A DNA stretch of 18,544 bases from Candidatus Micrarchaeia archaeon (GCA_038870455.1 JAWCPB010000023.1:1-18544), one strand, 5' to 3'. Positions 1 to 9,600 are shown, counted from the first letter of the stretch. Numbers and translations: made by a program. Notes: generated by a model not told the origin, from the letters alone.

Positions 1-2316
1 GATTTGGGGAAAGCCATGAGCCACTATCATGAAATACGCGGGGAGTTGGAAGTCATTGAGCTCGAGGTGGATAGACAGAAGGCCAGGGCGCTCGCGGCAT
101 ACCTGAAGGCGCACGCGCAGGAAACTATTTTCTTCGACGAGACGCCCGCGGTCGGCAAGCCGACGCAGCTCACGGTTGTCGTGGAATTCGAGAACGACTT
201 GGACATTGGGCACGATGAGCTTTTGAGGATAGAGGTGCCTGTGAGCGTTCCGGTTGGCGAGCCTGCGGGCAGGTCATCCGAGATAATAGATGCTGTCTAT
301 GCGGATGGAAAGCTCACACTTGCGCTCGCCTCGGTCGCGCCGGGAACAAGGTACTATGCGGTTTTTCGGGAAAAAACAACGCTCGCCAAAGACGGAGGAA
401 GCAGCGAGAGCGTGGAGTCGGTCTCGCAGTATGTTCTGAGAAAGCGCGCGGTGCAGAGGTTTGATTCTCTGATGGAGCTTCCGGCGCTCAGGCTCGAGCG
501 CGCGCTGGCCGCGAGCCCGCTTTACTTCGAGGCTTTCCACAACGGGGTGGAGGCCGAGGCGGACGTGGTTGAAGAGGACGGCGTGCGCGGCGAGGTCCTG
601 CTTGAGAGGGTGGGAAAGGGAAGGGGGGAGGCGTCGCTCAGGTATGCGTACGCCAATCCGTATGCCGTGAGCAGGCGCAACTACGCCGTGGCGCAGACGG
701 AAGCCGGCGCGAGAGTTTCATTCGAGATTGTCGTGGACAGCGCGTTTGAGCTGGAGAGCGCACCCGTGCAGGTCGTCGAGCCGGCAAACGCGAGCGTGCT
801 GGCGGCGAGCGCGGCCGTGCTCGGGCTCGGGGGCTGTGCTCCGAAAAACGTGCGCGCGCAGAGCACGCTGGTCGGGTTCATACTGACTTGGGACGCGGGC
901 GCGCTGAGGAAAGGGGAGCGCTGCGTTTTTGCGGTCGCGTATGAAATCGAAAGCCAGTCGGCGTACGCGCAGGCGAGGGCGGACGCGCTGTCGCAGGCCG
1001 CCGGAAATTCCTCGCAGTACGCCACGCGCCTGCGCGAGGCGCAGGCGCTCATCAGCCAGGGAAAGTACGCTGAGGCGGCTGGAAAACTGGAGGAGATTGA
1101 GCGCGCGCTGGCGAACGTCACGAGCATAGAGCCCAGCCGCAGCGCTGTGGAAAAACAGCTTGCTAGGCTGGACGAGGAGCAGGCCGAGCTGAACGAGAGC
1201 AGGGGCATTCTCGCCGAGGCGGGGAGGATTGGCGAAGCGCTGGCCGTCGAGAGGAGCCTGCAGGAGTCTGACGCTGAAGAAACGGTCGCGAGGAGTTACC
1301 TGGAGCGGGGAAAGCACGAGCTTGCAGCGAAGAGCGCCGCGCGCGCGCTCGCCAAGTTGAATGCAGAGGCTGCACAGAGGGGACTGCTCTCCTGGCGCGA
1401 TGACATCAGGCGCAGGATTGCGAGCGCGGAGAACGCGCTCGCCGCGCTCAAGCCGCTCGCCGACCTTCCTGCCGCGCGGGCCGAGGCCGAGCGGGCGGAG
1501 GCACTCGCCGAGGATGCAGGCAGAAAAATGGCCGCGAGGGAATGGGCGGGGGCCGCCCAAGCGCTTCAGAACGCCGACATTGCAGTCAGGAACGCGACGT
1601 GGTCCGTGGAAGCAGCGGCTGAGGAGATTTACGATGACGCCGCGGGGCAGAAAAGCGCGTTTGAGGAAATAAAGCGCGCTTTCGCGCAGGCCGTCTCCGG
1701 TTTGGAAAAGGCCTTGAAGGTCACAGTGGATGCCGGCAGGTACAAGTCCGGGAGGCTGAGCGTGGGCTTCGACGCGCCGGTTGCCAAGGCGCAGGGAGAC
1801 ACTGACGAGCGCACGCTGGAATACTTCTTCCAGCACATGGGAGCGAACAAAACAAAGTTCGTGCTCGAAAACACGCTCGCGATCAAAGACGCGCGCGACA
1901 CGCTCGGGCGCTTGAACAGCACGAGGGAAAGGTTCGAGGGGGAGCTCGCGAGCCTGCACAAGAGAGCGCAGGCCTCGCTCAACGCGGCGCTCGCGGCGAT
2001 AGGCGAGCTCGAAAAAAGAGCTGATGGCGAGCAGGCGCAGAAGGAGGCTCTTTACCTGCAGTCCCAGGCAAGAATCGCGAGGGAAGCGCTATCCGACGGA
2101 AGGTACTCGGATTCTTCCATGGTTTCGAGTTACATCCTGGAGAGGGCGCGGGGGCGGCTGCCTGCGCCGCAGGCCGCGCCCGGCTTTGGGCTCGGCAGCG
2201 AAGTGTGGATTGCGGTCATCTCGCTCATCATCCTGGCGGTGTTCGCCTACCTGTTCCTTGGGGGAAAGCCCGCCGAGCCGGAGCACAAGGTGTTAAGAAG
2301 AAAGGGAGAGTTCTGA
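1..2316 (+). CDS. Large membrane-anchored surface protein, probably 5'-truncated (beta-rich domains, long helical/coiled-coil stalk, C-terminal TM anchor)
   Basis: Frame open from base 1 to TGA 2314-2316. Beta-type segments (e.g. FILTWDAGALRKGERCVFAVAYEIE), then ~400 aa of Ala/Glu/Arg-rich helical sequence, a hydrophobic segment VWIAVISLIILAVFAYLFL and a basic tail. Several N-x-S/T sequons (NAS, NSS, NVT, NES, NAT, NKT, NST). Confidence 0.75.
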   Translation, partial: DLGKAMSHYHEIRGELEVIELEVDRQKARALAAYLKAHAQETIFFDETPAVGKPTQLTVVVEFENDLDIGHDELLRIEVPVSVPVGEPAGRSSEIIDAVYADGKLTLALASVAPGTRYYAVFREKTTLAKDGGSSESVESVSQYVLRKRAVQRFDSLMELPALRLERALAASPLYFEAFHNGVEAEADVVEEDGVRGEVLLERVGKGRGEASLRYAYANPYAVSRRNYAVAQTEAGARVSFEIVVDSAFELESAPVQVVEPANASVLAASAAVLGLGGCAPKNVRAQSTLVGFILTWDAGALRKGERCVFAVAYEIESQSAYAQARADALSQAAGNSSQYATRLREAQALISQGKYAEAAGKLEEIERALANVTSIEPSRSAVEKQLARLDEEQAELNESRGILAEAGRIGEALAVERSLQESDAEETVARSYLERGKHELAAKSAARALAKLNAEAAQRGLLSWRDDIRRRIASAENALAALKPLADLPAARAEAERAEALAEDAGRKMAAREWAGAAQALQNADIAVRNATWSVEAAAEEIYDDAAGQKSAFEEIKRAFAQAVSGLEKALKVTVDAGRYKSGRLSVGFDAPVAKAQGDTDERTLEYFFQHMGANKTKFVLENTLAIKDARDTLGRLNSTRERFEGELASLHKRAQASLNAALAAIGELEKRADGEQAQKEALYLQSQARIAREALSDGRYSDSSMVSSYILERARGRLPAPQAAPGFGLGSEVWIAVISLIILAVFAYLFLGGKPAEPEHKVLRRKGEF

Positions 2317-3045
2317 AAGGCGCGCGGACAGGAGCTCGTCCGCAGCGCGGGCCATGGCCGTGATGTCAGGGGAGGCGGCCAGAAGGCGGTTGATTGAAAG
2401 CGCGTAAGGCCCTTCGGGCGCATTGCCTGTCAGCAGCGCATTGATGATGGAAGCGAGGAAAGCGGAGTTCGAGTTGTTTATACCGTTAAGCTCGCCTTCG
2501 TTCAGGAGCGAGGAGTCAAAGAACTTGTGGGCTGCGTTCGTAGCGAGCGCCTGCCAGAAAAGCTGCGAGCAAGCCCGCGAGGCCTCGCCTTCGGAGAGGA
2601 GAAGCCTGAGCTTTGCGTTTATGGACGCAACGAGCTCCGGGGGCAGGAGGAGATAGAAGTACTCCCTCGCGACAACGATCTCCAACTCCTCCTTTTCAAG
2701 CTCGCGCGCCACGAGTATGACGTTGGCGCTCCGGCTCGAGAAGGACACGCTGCTGAGCTCGCTTGTTATCTGGACGTCAACGGGCCTGGGAGAGGGAAAC
2801 GCCTTCTTCAGCCGGGAGAGCACGCCGCGGATTTCGTTAGCGTACCAGCGCAGCCTCGTCTCGTCAATAAGCTTTTCCTCACGTGCGCGCTCGCAGTCCT
2901 CGCACCTGTGCTTTCCGTCGTTGCTGAGGAAAATCCCATTGCCTTCCTCAACGCACTCGAGCCAGTCATTATCATCGATTTGCGAGTAATCCACGTCAAT
3001 CTCTGCTGTCCGCTCACAGTCATGGCATCTGAGAACCTTCTTCAA
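2293..3045 (-). CDS. Hypothetical protein with N-terminal Zn-binding module (CHDC...CEDC) and a degenerate zincin-like helix
   Basis: 250-aa ORF with TTG start preceded by SD-like GGGTGG; two CxxC pairs; segment EELEIVVAREYFYLL. Converges on and overlaps the upstream gene by 24 nt. Confidence 0.7.
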   Translation of the reverse strand: MKKVLRCHDCERTAEIDVDYSQIDDNDWLECVEEGNGIFLSNDGKHRCEDCERAREEKLIDETRLRWYANEIRGVLSRLKKAFPSPRPVDVQITSELSSVSFSSRSANVILVARELEKEELEIVVAREYFYLLLPPELVASINAKLRLLLSEGEASRACSQLFWQALATNAAHKFFDSSLLNEGELNGINNSNSAFLASIINALLTGNAPEGPYALSINRLLAASPDITAMARAADELLSARLSELSLSS

Positions 3046-3089
3046 GCAAAACCACCCTGCTGGTCGCCCAAGCGGTGTTAAAACAGAAG

Positions 3090-3176
3090 CTACTCCTCTT
3101 CTTCCTCCTCCTCTTCCTCAAGCTCTTCCTCGTCCCACTCTTCCTCCTCTTCCTCCTCTTCCTCCTCATCCAGCAC
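3090..3176 (-). CDS. Putative 28-aa poly-glutamate micro-protein MLDEEEEEEEEEEWDEEELEEEEEEEEE (not in the ORF track)
   Basis: GTG at 3176-3174 lies 6 nt after GAGGTG (3188-3183). TAG at 3092-3090 falls exactly at the end of the GAR repeat. Repeat variation is mostly at the third codon position (GAG/GAA). TATA-like ATTTAAAT at 3219-3212. Confidence 0.55.
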   Translation of the reverse strand: MLDEEEEEEEEEEWDEEELEEEEEEEEE

Positions 3177-3182
3177 TGACGA

Positions 3183-3219
3183 CACCTCGTTAATCGTGTT
3201 CGCCCGCGCAAATTTAAAT
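3183..3219 (-). promoter_or_regulatory. Putative TATA box (ATTTAAAT, 3219-3212) and SD (GAGGTG, 3188-3183) for the poly-Glu ORF
   Basis: AT-rich box in GC-rich surroundings, ~25-30 nt upstream of an archaeal-type SD; overlaps the TAA stop of the 91-aa ORF. Confidence 0.45.
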
Positions 3220-3489
3220 AGCTTTCTCTTCCGCCGTCTCGTAAAAACGCTCCGCCTGCTCCTCGCGTTCGCCTTCGGTTTTTTTCCTGCGTTTTTTCCT
3301 CGCCCTTTTCAGGATGCCTTCTTTTCCCTCACGCTCGAGCGCGCGCTCTATTGCGCGCGCGTCATGCCCCTCCTCCCTCTCGAGCTCGCGCAGTATCTCG
3401 ATGGCAAGGCTTTTTCGTTTCGAGAGGCTCGGCTCGATTGATTTGAGCAGGTCGGCGACTCTTTCGAGAAAGCGAAGCCAACAGACCAT
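3214..3489 (-). CDS. Small charged hypothetical protein (91 aa) with basic patch KRARKKRRKK
   Basis: ATG 3 nt after the enolase stop, with SD GAGGTGA overlapping that stop; fills the gap co-directionally. Confidence 0.6.
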   Translation of the reverse strand: MVCWLRFLERVADLLKSIEPSLSKRKSLAIEILRELEREEGHDARAIERALEREGKEGILKRARKKRRKKTEGEREEQAERFYETAEEKAI

Positions 3490-3492
3490 GCC

Positions 3493-4782
3493 TCACCTCC
3501 GCGCGATTATGCCGGCGGAACGGAATTTCCTCCCGGCATACCTCGCCTTCTTGCCGAGCTCTTCCTCTATTCTGAGGAGCTGGTTGTACTTGCACGTGCG
3601 CTCGCCTCGGGCGGGGGCGCCGGTTTTTATCTGGCCCGCGCTTATTCCCACGGCCACGTCGGCTATGCTCGCGTCCTCGGTTTCGCCGGAGCGGTGGCTC
3701 ACCATGACGGAAAGGTTGCTGGAGAAGGCGAGGCTCGCCGCATCCAGCGCTTCGGAGAGCGTGCCGACCTGATTTATTTTCAACAGTAGCGCTGTGACGC
3801 TGGAGGCCGCGATGGCTTGCTTGAGGCGGCCGATGTTCGTGGCGAGCAGGTCGTCGCCGACAATCTGTACCTCTTTTCCAAGCAGCTCCACCGAACGGGC
3901 GAATCCTGCAAAATCCTCCTCGTGAAGCGGGTCCTCGAGGCTGACGATGTCGTAGTCGCCGCACAGCGCGGCGTAATGCTCAAGAAGCCCTTCCCTGTCG
4001 AGCGAACGGCCGTCAATCTTGTACATCCCGCTCCGCCCATCGTAAAAAGAGGTCGCTGCCGCATCCACGGCGAGCTTCACGTCGTCCTCATACCCGGCCC
4101 GCGAAACCGCTTTCGAAAGCGCGTCGAGCGCCTCGCGCGTCGTCTTCATGCCCGGGGCGAAGCCGCCCTCGTCGCCCACGTTGCGCGCGCTCACACCGTA
4201 CGCCTCTTTCAGGTTTTTTCCGAGAGTGTGGTAGACTTCGGCAGCCATGCGCAGCGCCTCGCGGAAAGAGGGCGCGCCGATGGGGGCGATCAGGAACTCC
4301 TGGACGGCGAGCTCGTTGCCCGCGTGCTTTCCTCCGTTGATGACGTTCAGGAATGGGACCGGAAGGAGGAAGGCGCGCCTGTTCAGGTGCTTGTAAAGAG
4401 GCGTTCCCTGCGCTGATGCCGCCGCCCTCGCCACTGCCAGCGAGACGGCGGTCGTTGCGTTCGCGCCGAGCCTTGACTTGTTGGGCGTGCCGTCGAGAGC
4501 GATGAGCGTCTGGTCGATGTTTCTCTGGTCGAGCGCGTCAAGTCCCTTGAGCGCCCGGGCGATTTTCCCATTCACGTTTGCGACCGCCCGCAGCACGCCT
4601 CTGCCGAGAAAGTGCTTCGCCCCATCGCGGAGCTCGAGCGCCTCATGCGCTCCCGTGCTGGCCCCGCTGGGGGCGGCAGCGCGCCCGAAGCCACGCCTTG
4701 TCCTCACCTCGACTTCAACGGTCGGGTTTCCCCTCGAATCGAGTATCTCGCGCGCCCTGACGGACTGGATGAACTCCTTCAC
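3493..4782 (-). CDS. eno: Enolase (phosphopyruvate hydratase)
   Basis: Motifs ILDSRGNPTVE, PSGASTG, GDEGGF, IVGDDL, LLKINQVGTLSE, SHRSGETED, GQIKTG, KYNQLLRIEEEL; 429 aa; SD GGTGG before the GTG start. Confidence 0.98.
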   Translation of the reverse strand: MKEFIQSVRAREILDSRGNPTVEVEVRTRRGFGRAAAPSGASTGAHEALELRDGAKHFLGRGVLRAVANVNGKIARALKGLDALDQRNIDQTLIALDGTPNKSRLGANATTAVSLAVARAAASAQGTPLYKHLNRRAFLLPVPFLNVINGGKHAGNELAVQEFLIAPIGAPSFREALRMAAEVYHTLGKNLKEAYGVSARNVGDEGGFAPGMKTTREALDALSKAVSRAGYEDDVKLAVDAAATSFYDGRSGMYKIDGRSLDREGLLEHYAALCGDYDIVSLEDPLHEEDFAGFARSVELLGKEVQIVGDDLLATNIGRLKQAIAASSVTALLLKINQVGTLSEALDAASLAFSSNLSVMVSHRSGETEDASIADVAVGISAGQIKTGAPARGERTCKYNQLLRIEEELGKKARYAGRKFRSAGIIARR

Positions 4783-4797
4783 TCAACCACCAAACCA

Positions 4798-4819
4798 ATT
4801 TATAGCCCAGCCTTATAAT
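4798..4819. promoter_or_regulatory. Divergent promoter region eno / SAMP operon (TTTATA and palindromic TTATAA)
   Basis: 55-nt intergenic gap. TTATAA at 4813-4818 starts 25 nt before the SAMP ATG (leaderless spacing) and reads the same toward eno. Confidence 0.55.
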
Positions 4820-4837
4820 CGTTTGTCGGTTGGGAGA

Positions 4838-5026
4838 ATGAGGGTCAAGTTTGATGGAAAGTGGCGGAGCATTCGCTTCAAGGGAAGCGTGGGGGAATTG
4901 CTGGAAAAGCTTGGGCTGAACAACCAGGTTTTCATCGTGAAGGCGAACGGGCGCATTGTCCCCGAAACAAAAGAGCTGGGGAATGACGCGGTTGTCGAGT
5001 TGTTGAAAGTCATTTTGGGAGGATGA
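4838..5026 (+). CDS. ThiS/MoaD-family ubiquitin-like sulfur carrier (SAMP2/TtuB-like), 62 aa
   Basis: MRVKFDG...SVGELLEKLGLN...VKANGRIVPE...VELLKVILGG with C-terminal di-Gly, directly upstream of an NcsA/TtuA gene. True start is the ATG at 4838, inside ORF-track entry 4478..5026. Confidence 0.9.
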   Translation: MRVKFDGKWRSIRFKGSVGELLEKLGLNNQVFIVKANGRIVPETKELGNDAVVELLKVILGG

Positions 5027-5027
5027 T

Positions 5028-5972
5028 ATGCCATCCTGCAGTTTCTGCCAGAGAGAGGCCTGCGTATTCCTCGCGTACATGAGCAGGCACTTCTGCGCCA
5101 AACACTTCAAGGAGTTTTTTGAGAAGAGGGTGAGGCGGACCATCCGCGAGTTCGGCATGCTGCGCGGCGTGAAGCGCCTGGGCATAGCGCTCTCGGGAGG
5201 AAAGGACAGCCTGACCGCGCTCCACATCCTTGCGCCCATGGCGAGGGAGATGCGCATCGAAGTGCACGCAGTCACAATCGACGAAGGCATACGCGGCTAC
5301 AGGGACAGGCTGGTAGCGGTTGCGCGGCAGGCGTGCAACGAGCTCGATGTGCAGCATCATGTTGTTTCCTGCAAGAAAGAGGTTGGATTCTCGATTGATG
5401 AGGTCGTTGCGCTGAGGAAAAGGGAGACGAGTTGTTCTTACTGCGGGGTCTTCAGAAGGTGGGCGCTCAACAGAAAGGCTAGGGAACTCGGGCTCGACAA
5501 GATTGCGACGGGCCACAACCTTGATGACGTCGCGCAGACGGTTTTGATGAACATACTGCGCAACGAGCCGCGCCCTGCCAGGTTTTCCCCGAACGGCGGG
5601 CTGGTGGAAGAAGAGGGGTTCGTGGACAGGATCAGGCCGCTGTTCCGCACTCCGGAGAAGGAAGTGGCGCTCTACGCGCTGCTTAAGGGACTGCCCGTGC
5701 GGTTCTCCGAATGCCCGCACGCGCACGAGGCCTTCAGGAATGAGGTGAGGAATTTCCTGAACGAGGTCGAGGCCAAGCACCCGGGAACGAAGTTCAAGGT
5801 AGTCAATGCACTGCTGTCGGCGCGGCGCGCGCTGGCCGGGAGCATAGCCGGGCCTCTCGAGCGCTGTCCGGCCTGCGGCGAGCCGAGCTCGGGGGGAGCG
5901 TGCAGGCGGTGCGAGATGACTGCCTCGCTGGCGCGCGCGCTCGGGGAGGGGAGGGCGTGCGGGTCGCCTTAA
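5028..5972 (+). CDS. ncsA: tRNA 2-thiolation enzyme, NcsA/Ncs6/TtuA family
   Basis: N-terminal Zn finger (CSFC...CAKH), PP-loop SGGKDS, central CSYC, GHNLDD, IRPL, ECPH, C-terminal Zn finger CPACGEPSSGGACRRC; SD GGAGG overlaps the SAMP GG codons. Confidence 0.93.
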   Translation: MPSCSFCQREACVFLAYMSRHFCAKHFKEFFEKRVRRTIREFGMLRGVKRLGIALSGGKDSLTALHILAPMAREMRIEVHAVTIDEGIRGYRDRLVAVARQACNELDVQHHVVSCKKEVGFSIDEVVALRKRETSCSYCGVFRRWALNRKARELGLDKIATGHNLDDVAQTVLMNILRNEPRPARFSPNGGLVEEEGFVDRIRPLFRTPEKEVALYALLKGLPVRFSECPHAHEAFRNEVRNFLNEVEAKHPGTKFKVVNALLSARRALAGSIAGPLERCPACGEPSSGGACRRCEMTASLARALGEGRACGSP

Positions 5973-6652
5973 TCAGCGATGCACACGCCAACCTCCCGGC
6001 GCTGCTGGAGGTGCTGCGGAAAATCGACGCGCTGGCCCCGGATGGTATTCTGTGTGCGGGCGATGTGGTCGGCTACAATCCATTCCCCAACGAGGTGGTT
6101 GGGGAGCTCAGGAAAAGAAAAATCCCCTGCGTGATGGGAAACCACGACTGGGCCTGCCTGAGCGGCGACACGGGCTGGTTCAATCCCAGCGCGGCAGCGG
6201 CGATTGAGTGGACGAGAGAGAGGCTGACGAGAGAAAACATGGAGTGGATCGCGAAACTCCCTAAGCGCATTGAAAAAAACCTTGGCGGGCTGCGCGTGCT
6301 GGTGGTTCACGGCTCTCCGGACGACGAGCTTTTTGAGTACGTTTTCCAGGAAGACGCAGAGGAGAGGGCGGAAAGGTGGCTGGGGGAAACTGACGTGCTC
6401 GTGCTGGGGCACACGCACGTTCCCATGGGGCTCGGGGTGGAAATCGGCGGGAAAGAGAGGATGATTGTGAATCCGGGTGCGGTCGGCCAGCCGAGGGATG
6501 GAAATCCCAGGGCGAGCCTCGCTGTGCTCGACACGGAGGAGTTCAAGTGCGAATGGGGTAGAGCCGAGTATGACGCCGGGGGCGTGAGGGATGAAATTCG
6601 CAGGCAGGGGCTTCCCCCAGAGCTGGGCGACAGGCTGCTGGCTGGATTTTAG
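5957..6652 (+). CDS. Calcineurin-like metallophosphoesterase (231 aa)
   Basis: Motifs SDAH, AGDVVGY, GNHD, VHGSP, GHTH, NPGAVGQPRDG. GTG at 5957 after GGAGGG overlaps the ncsA end (ORF track starts it at 5900). Confidence 0.92.
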   Translation: MRVALISDAHANLPALLEVLRKIDALAPDGILCAGDVVGYNPFPNEVVGELRKRKIPCVMGNHDWACLSGDTGWFNPSAAAAIEWTRERLTRENMEWIAKLPKRIEKNLGGLRVLVVHGSPDDELFEYVFQEDAEERAERWLGETDVLVLGHTHVPMGLGVEIGGKERMIVNPGAVGQPRDGNPRASLAVLDTEEFKCEWGRAEYDAGGVRDEIRRQGLPPELGDRLLAGF

Positions 6653-9600
6653 GCCTTGCACATGCTCGTGCCGCACTGCACGCAGGTCGCGCAGCCTTCG
6701 CTGAAGTAGAGCTTTGCGCCGCACACGGGGCACACGTCCTCTTCCCTTGTTCCTGCCTCCTCTGTTACCCCGGCCTTGAGCCCGCCTTCCGTGACAACGA
6801 CTTTGCGCGTGGGAAGCGCGGCTGGAATGTGCAGCACCTGCTCGGCCTTGCTGCGGTCCCTGTAGATGGTGATGCCCTTGCAGCGTAGCTTGTAGGCCAG
6901 CAGGTAGGCGTCCTCAACGTCCTTGACGGTGGCGTCGGCAGCGAAGTTGATCGTCTTGCTGACAGCGTTCTCCGTGTATCGCTGGAACGCGGCTTGTATG
7001 CGCACGTGCCACTCGGGCGAGATGTCGTGCGCGGTGACGAAAACGCGCTTGACGTCATCAGGAATGCCCTCAATGTGCTGTATGCTTCCTTTGGCGGCTA
7101 TCTTCCTCATCAGCTCGTCTGAGTAAAAGCCCTTCTCCTTGGCGATTTTCTCAAAGTACTCGTTCACGTAAAGCAGGTCCTTGCCGTCCATCACGCGCTT
7201 GATGTAGCTGATCGCAAAGAGGGGCTCGATGCCCGAGGAACAGTCGGCTATCATGCTGATGGTGCCCGTAGGGGCGATTGTTGTGACGGTGGCGTTCCTG
7301 CGCGGCGGCTCGCCCTTCTTGGCGTAGATGCTGTCCTTGAAGTTCGGGAAGGGACCGCGGATGGCCGCGAGCTCCCTGTCGTAGGCCACCGCCTCTTTTT
7401 CTATGAACGCCATGATCTTCTCGGCCAGGCCCTCGGCCTCCTCGCTGTCGTACGGAAGCCAGAGCTGAACAAGCAGGTCTGCGAAGCCCATGATGCCAAG
7501 GCCTATCTTCCTGTTGGCCTTCGTCATGTCCTCGATCTGGCTGAGGGGATAGCGGTTCATGTCGATGACGTTGTCAAGGAAGTGCACCGCGGTCCTAACG
7601 AGGCGCCTCAGCTTCTCCCAGTCGATTTCCTTCCTGCCGTTTGTTTCCTTTACGCACTTCGCGAGGTTGATCGAGCCGAGATTGCAGCTCTCGTAGGGCA
7701 GAAGGGGCTGTTCGCCGCAATTGTGGACGACGATGCCATTGGCGATGAACGATCGCGTGATCGGCTCAGAGAGGTCGAAGACTTCTTTGGACCCCTGCGG
7801 CTCGATGAAGGCGACTGTGTCTTCAAACCGCGTTGAGTAGTAATCCTTGCTTCCCAGTTGCTTGACTTTTTCTGAATGGATTCCGCGCATGAAACCGACG
7901 CGCTCGAGGAAAAGTGGGACCGCGTCCTTCGAGATCTCCAGCTCAAAACACACGCCGTCTGAAACATAGTTGCGTTTTTCTCCGCGCTTTGTGGTGTATG
8001 CAAAGCAGGCATGCGGGCTTCGCGAGCGGTCGTAGATGCGGGAGAAGATGCCGAGATTCAACAACAGCAGCTGCACTCCCTGGAGAAGCCTTCGGGATTT
8101 CGATGTGAGGCGAATGTAAGCGGACTTTTCTGGAACGATGTTGATCGTACCATCCGCGGTGAAGAGAGCCTGCAGGAAGCCGACCACCGCATCACGCGTG
8201 GCTTTGAATAGGCTTGCCGGAACTTCTTTCTCATCCGCATCTCCAAGCTTCACGCCAAGAGAATTGAAGAAATCGACAAAGAACTTGCTGTGGTAAGAAA
8301 GGTGGATAACCCCATTGGCTCTTTTTACTGCCTTAACCGGCCTTCCATAATAGCCGTCGATCACCGGCTTCAGGAGTGCGAGAACCGGCAGGTCTGCTTC
8401 GGAGAAAGTGAAGCCGACGCGGGCGTTTTTTCCCTCACGCAGCCAGCCGTCGCCCACAAGCCAGCCGAGAACCTGCCCGAGCTCGGCGCTCCATTCGCGC
8501 GGGAAGTTGGGATGATAAAGACGGCCGTTTGCCCCGCGGATTTCCGAGTTGGTCATAACCGGCAGGCGCGCATCGGAATTGAAAAAGCCAGCGCCTGATT
8601 GGATGAAGACCCTGCTCTTGCCGGGAACGAGTTCCTCGATGCGCCTCCATCCCTCAGGAGTCAGCACGCGGTGGTCCGGAGTTGCTGTAAGCTCGAAACC
8701 CGCGTGCGTGGTGAGCCTGACCACCGACTTTTTGCCGGTCTTCCAAGCTTTTTGCATGCGGAGAAGCCGTACGCCATGCTGGAGTTGAGTCTGCAAGCCA
8801 ACGGAAGCGGGCTGTGTGCGGGCATCAACGGCCACACTGACCTCCTCCGTGTCGGCCAGTTCTTCCATGCGAACCAGACCTCTGTCTGTCGATACGAGGG
8901 CATTTCCGGAAACGCAGGGATTAGTCGCCTCAATCTGCCCAACGCTCGGAGTGGGGTTGTCCTCGTTTATCCTGTCGAGGAAGATCATGCCTGGGTCGCC
9001 CGTGCGCCAGGCCATGGTGACGATGAGGCTGAAAACCTCGCGCGCGTTGAGGCGCTTGACGGGCTGGCCGTTGCGCGGGTTGATCAGCTCATAGTCCTGG
9101 TTGGCCAGCACGGCCTGCATGAACTTTTCTGTTGCGGCCACGGATATGTTGAAGTTCGTCAGCACGCCCTCGTTCTGCTTGGCGGTGATGAACTCGAGTA
9201 TGTCGGGGTGGTCGACGCGGAGGATGGCCATGTTCGCGCCCCTCCGCTTGCCGCCCTGCTTGATGGCTTCGGTGGCGGAGTCGAACACTTTCATGAAGGA
9301 CACGGGCCCGCTCGAGACGCCCCTCGTGCTCATCACCACGTCGTTCTTTGGGCGGAGGCGCGAGAAGGAAAAACCGGTCCCGCCGCCGCTCTTGTGAATC
9401 ATGGCGGTGTGCTTTATCGAGTCGAATATTTCCTCGATGGAATCCCCCACAGGAATGACAAAGCAAGCGCTGAGCTGCTGTATCTCGTTGCCGGCGTTCA
9501 TGAGCGTGGGTGAATTGGGCAGGAACTCAAGGTTTGCCATGGCCTGGTAGAACTCCTCCTCAGCGGCCGCGAGGTCTGCATTTTCGTCTGAAAGCCTGTC

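Noticed and set aside
718-1959. Long antisense and alternate-frame ORFs (e.g. 718..1959, 5010..5780, 5969..6733, 8599..9513, 16842..17669)
   Set aside because: Shadow ORFs opposite well-supported genes in GC-rich DNA, with no recognisable motifs.
3020-3211. Polybasic reading of the purine repeat (MRRKRRKRRKSG..., eL41/protamine-like composition)
   Set aside because: SD spacing to its ATG is poorer (13 nt), repeat variation is non-synonymous in this frame, and it runs into the next gene. The poly-Glu frame fits better, although this frame is not formally excluded.
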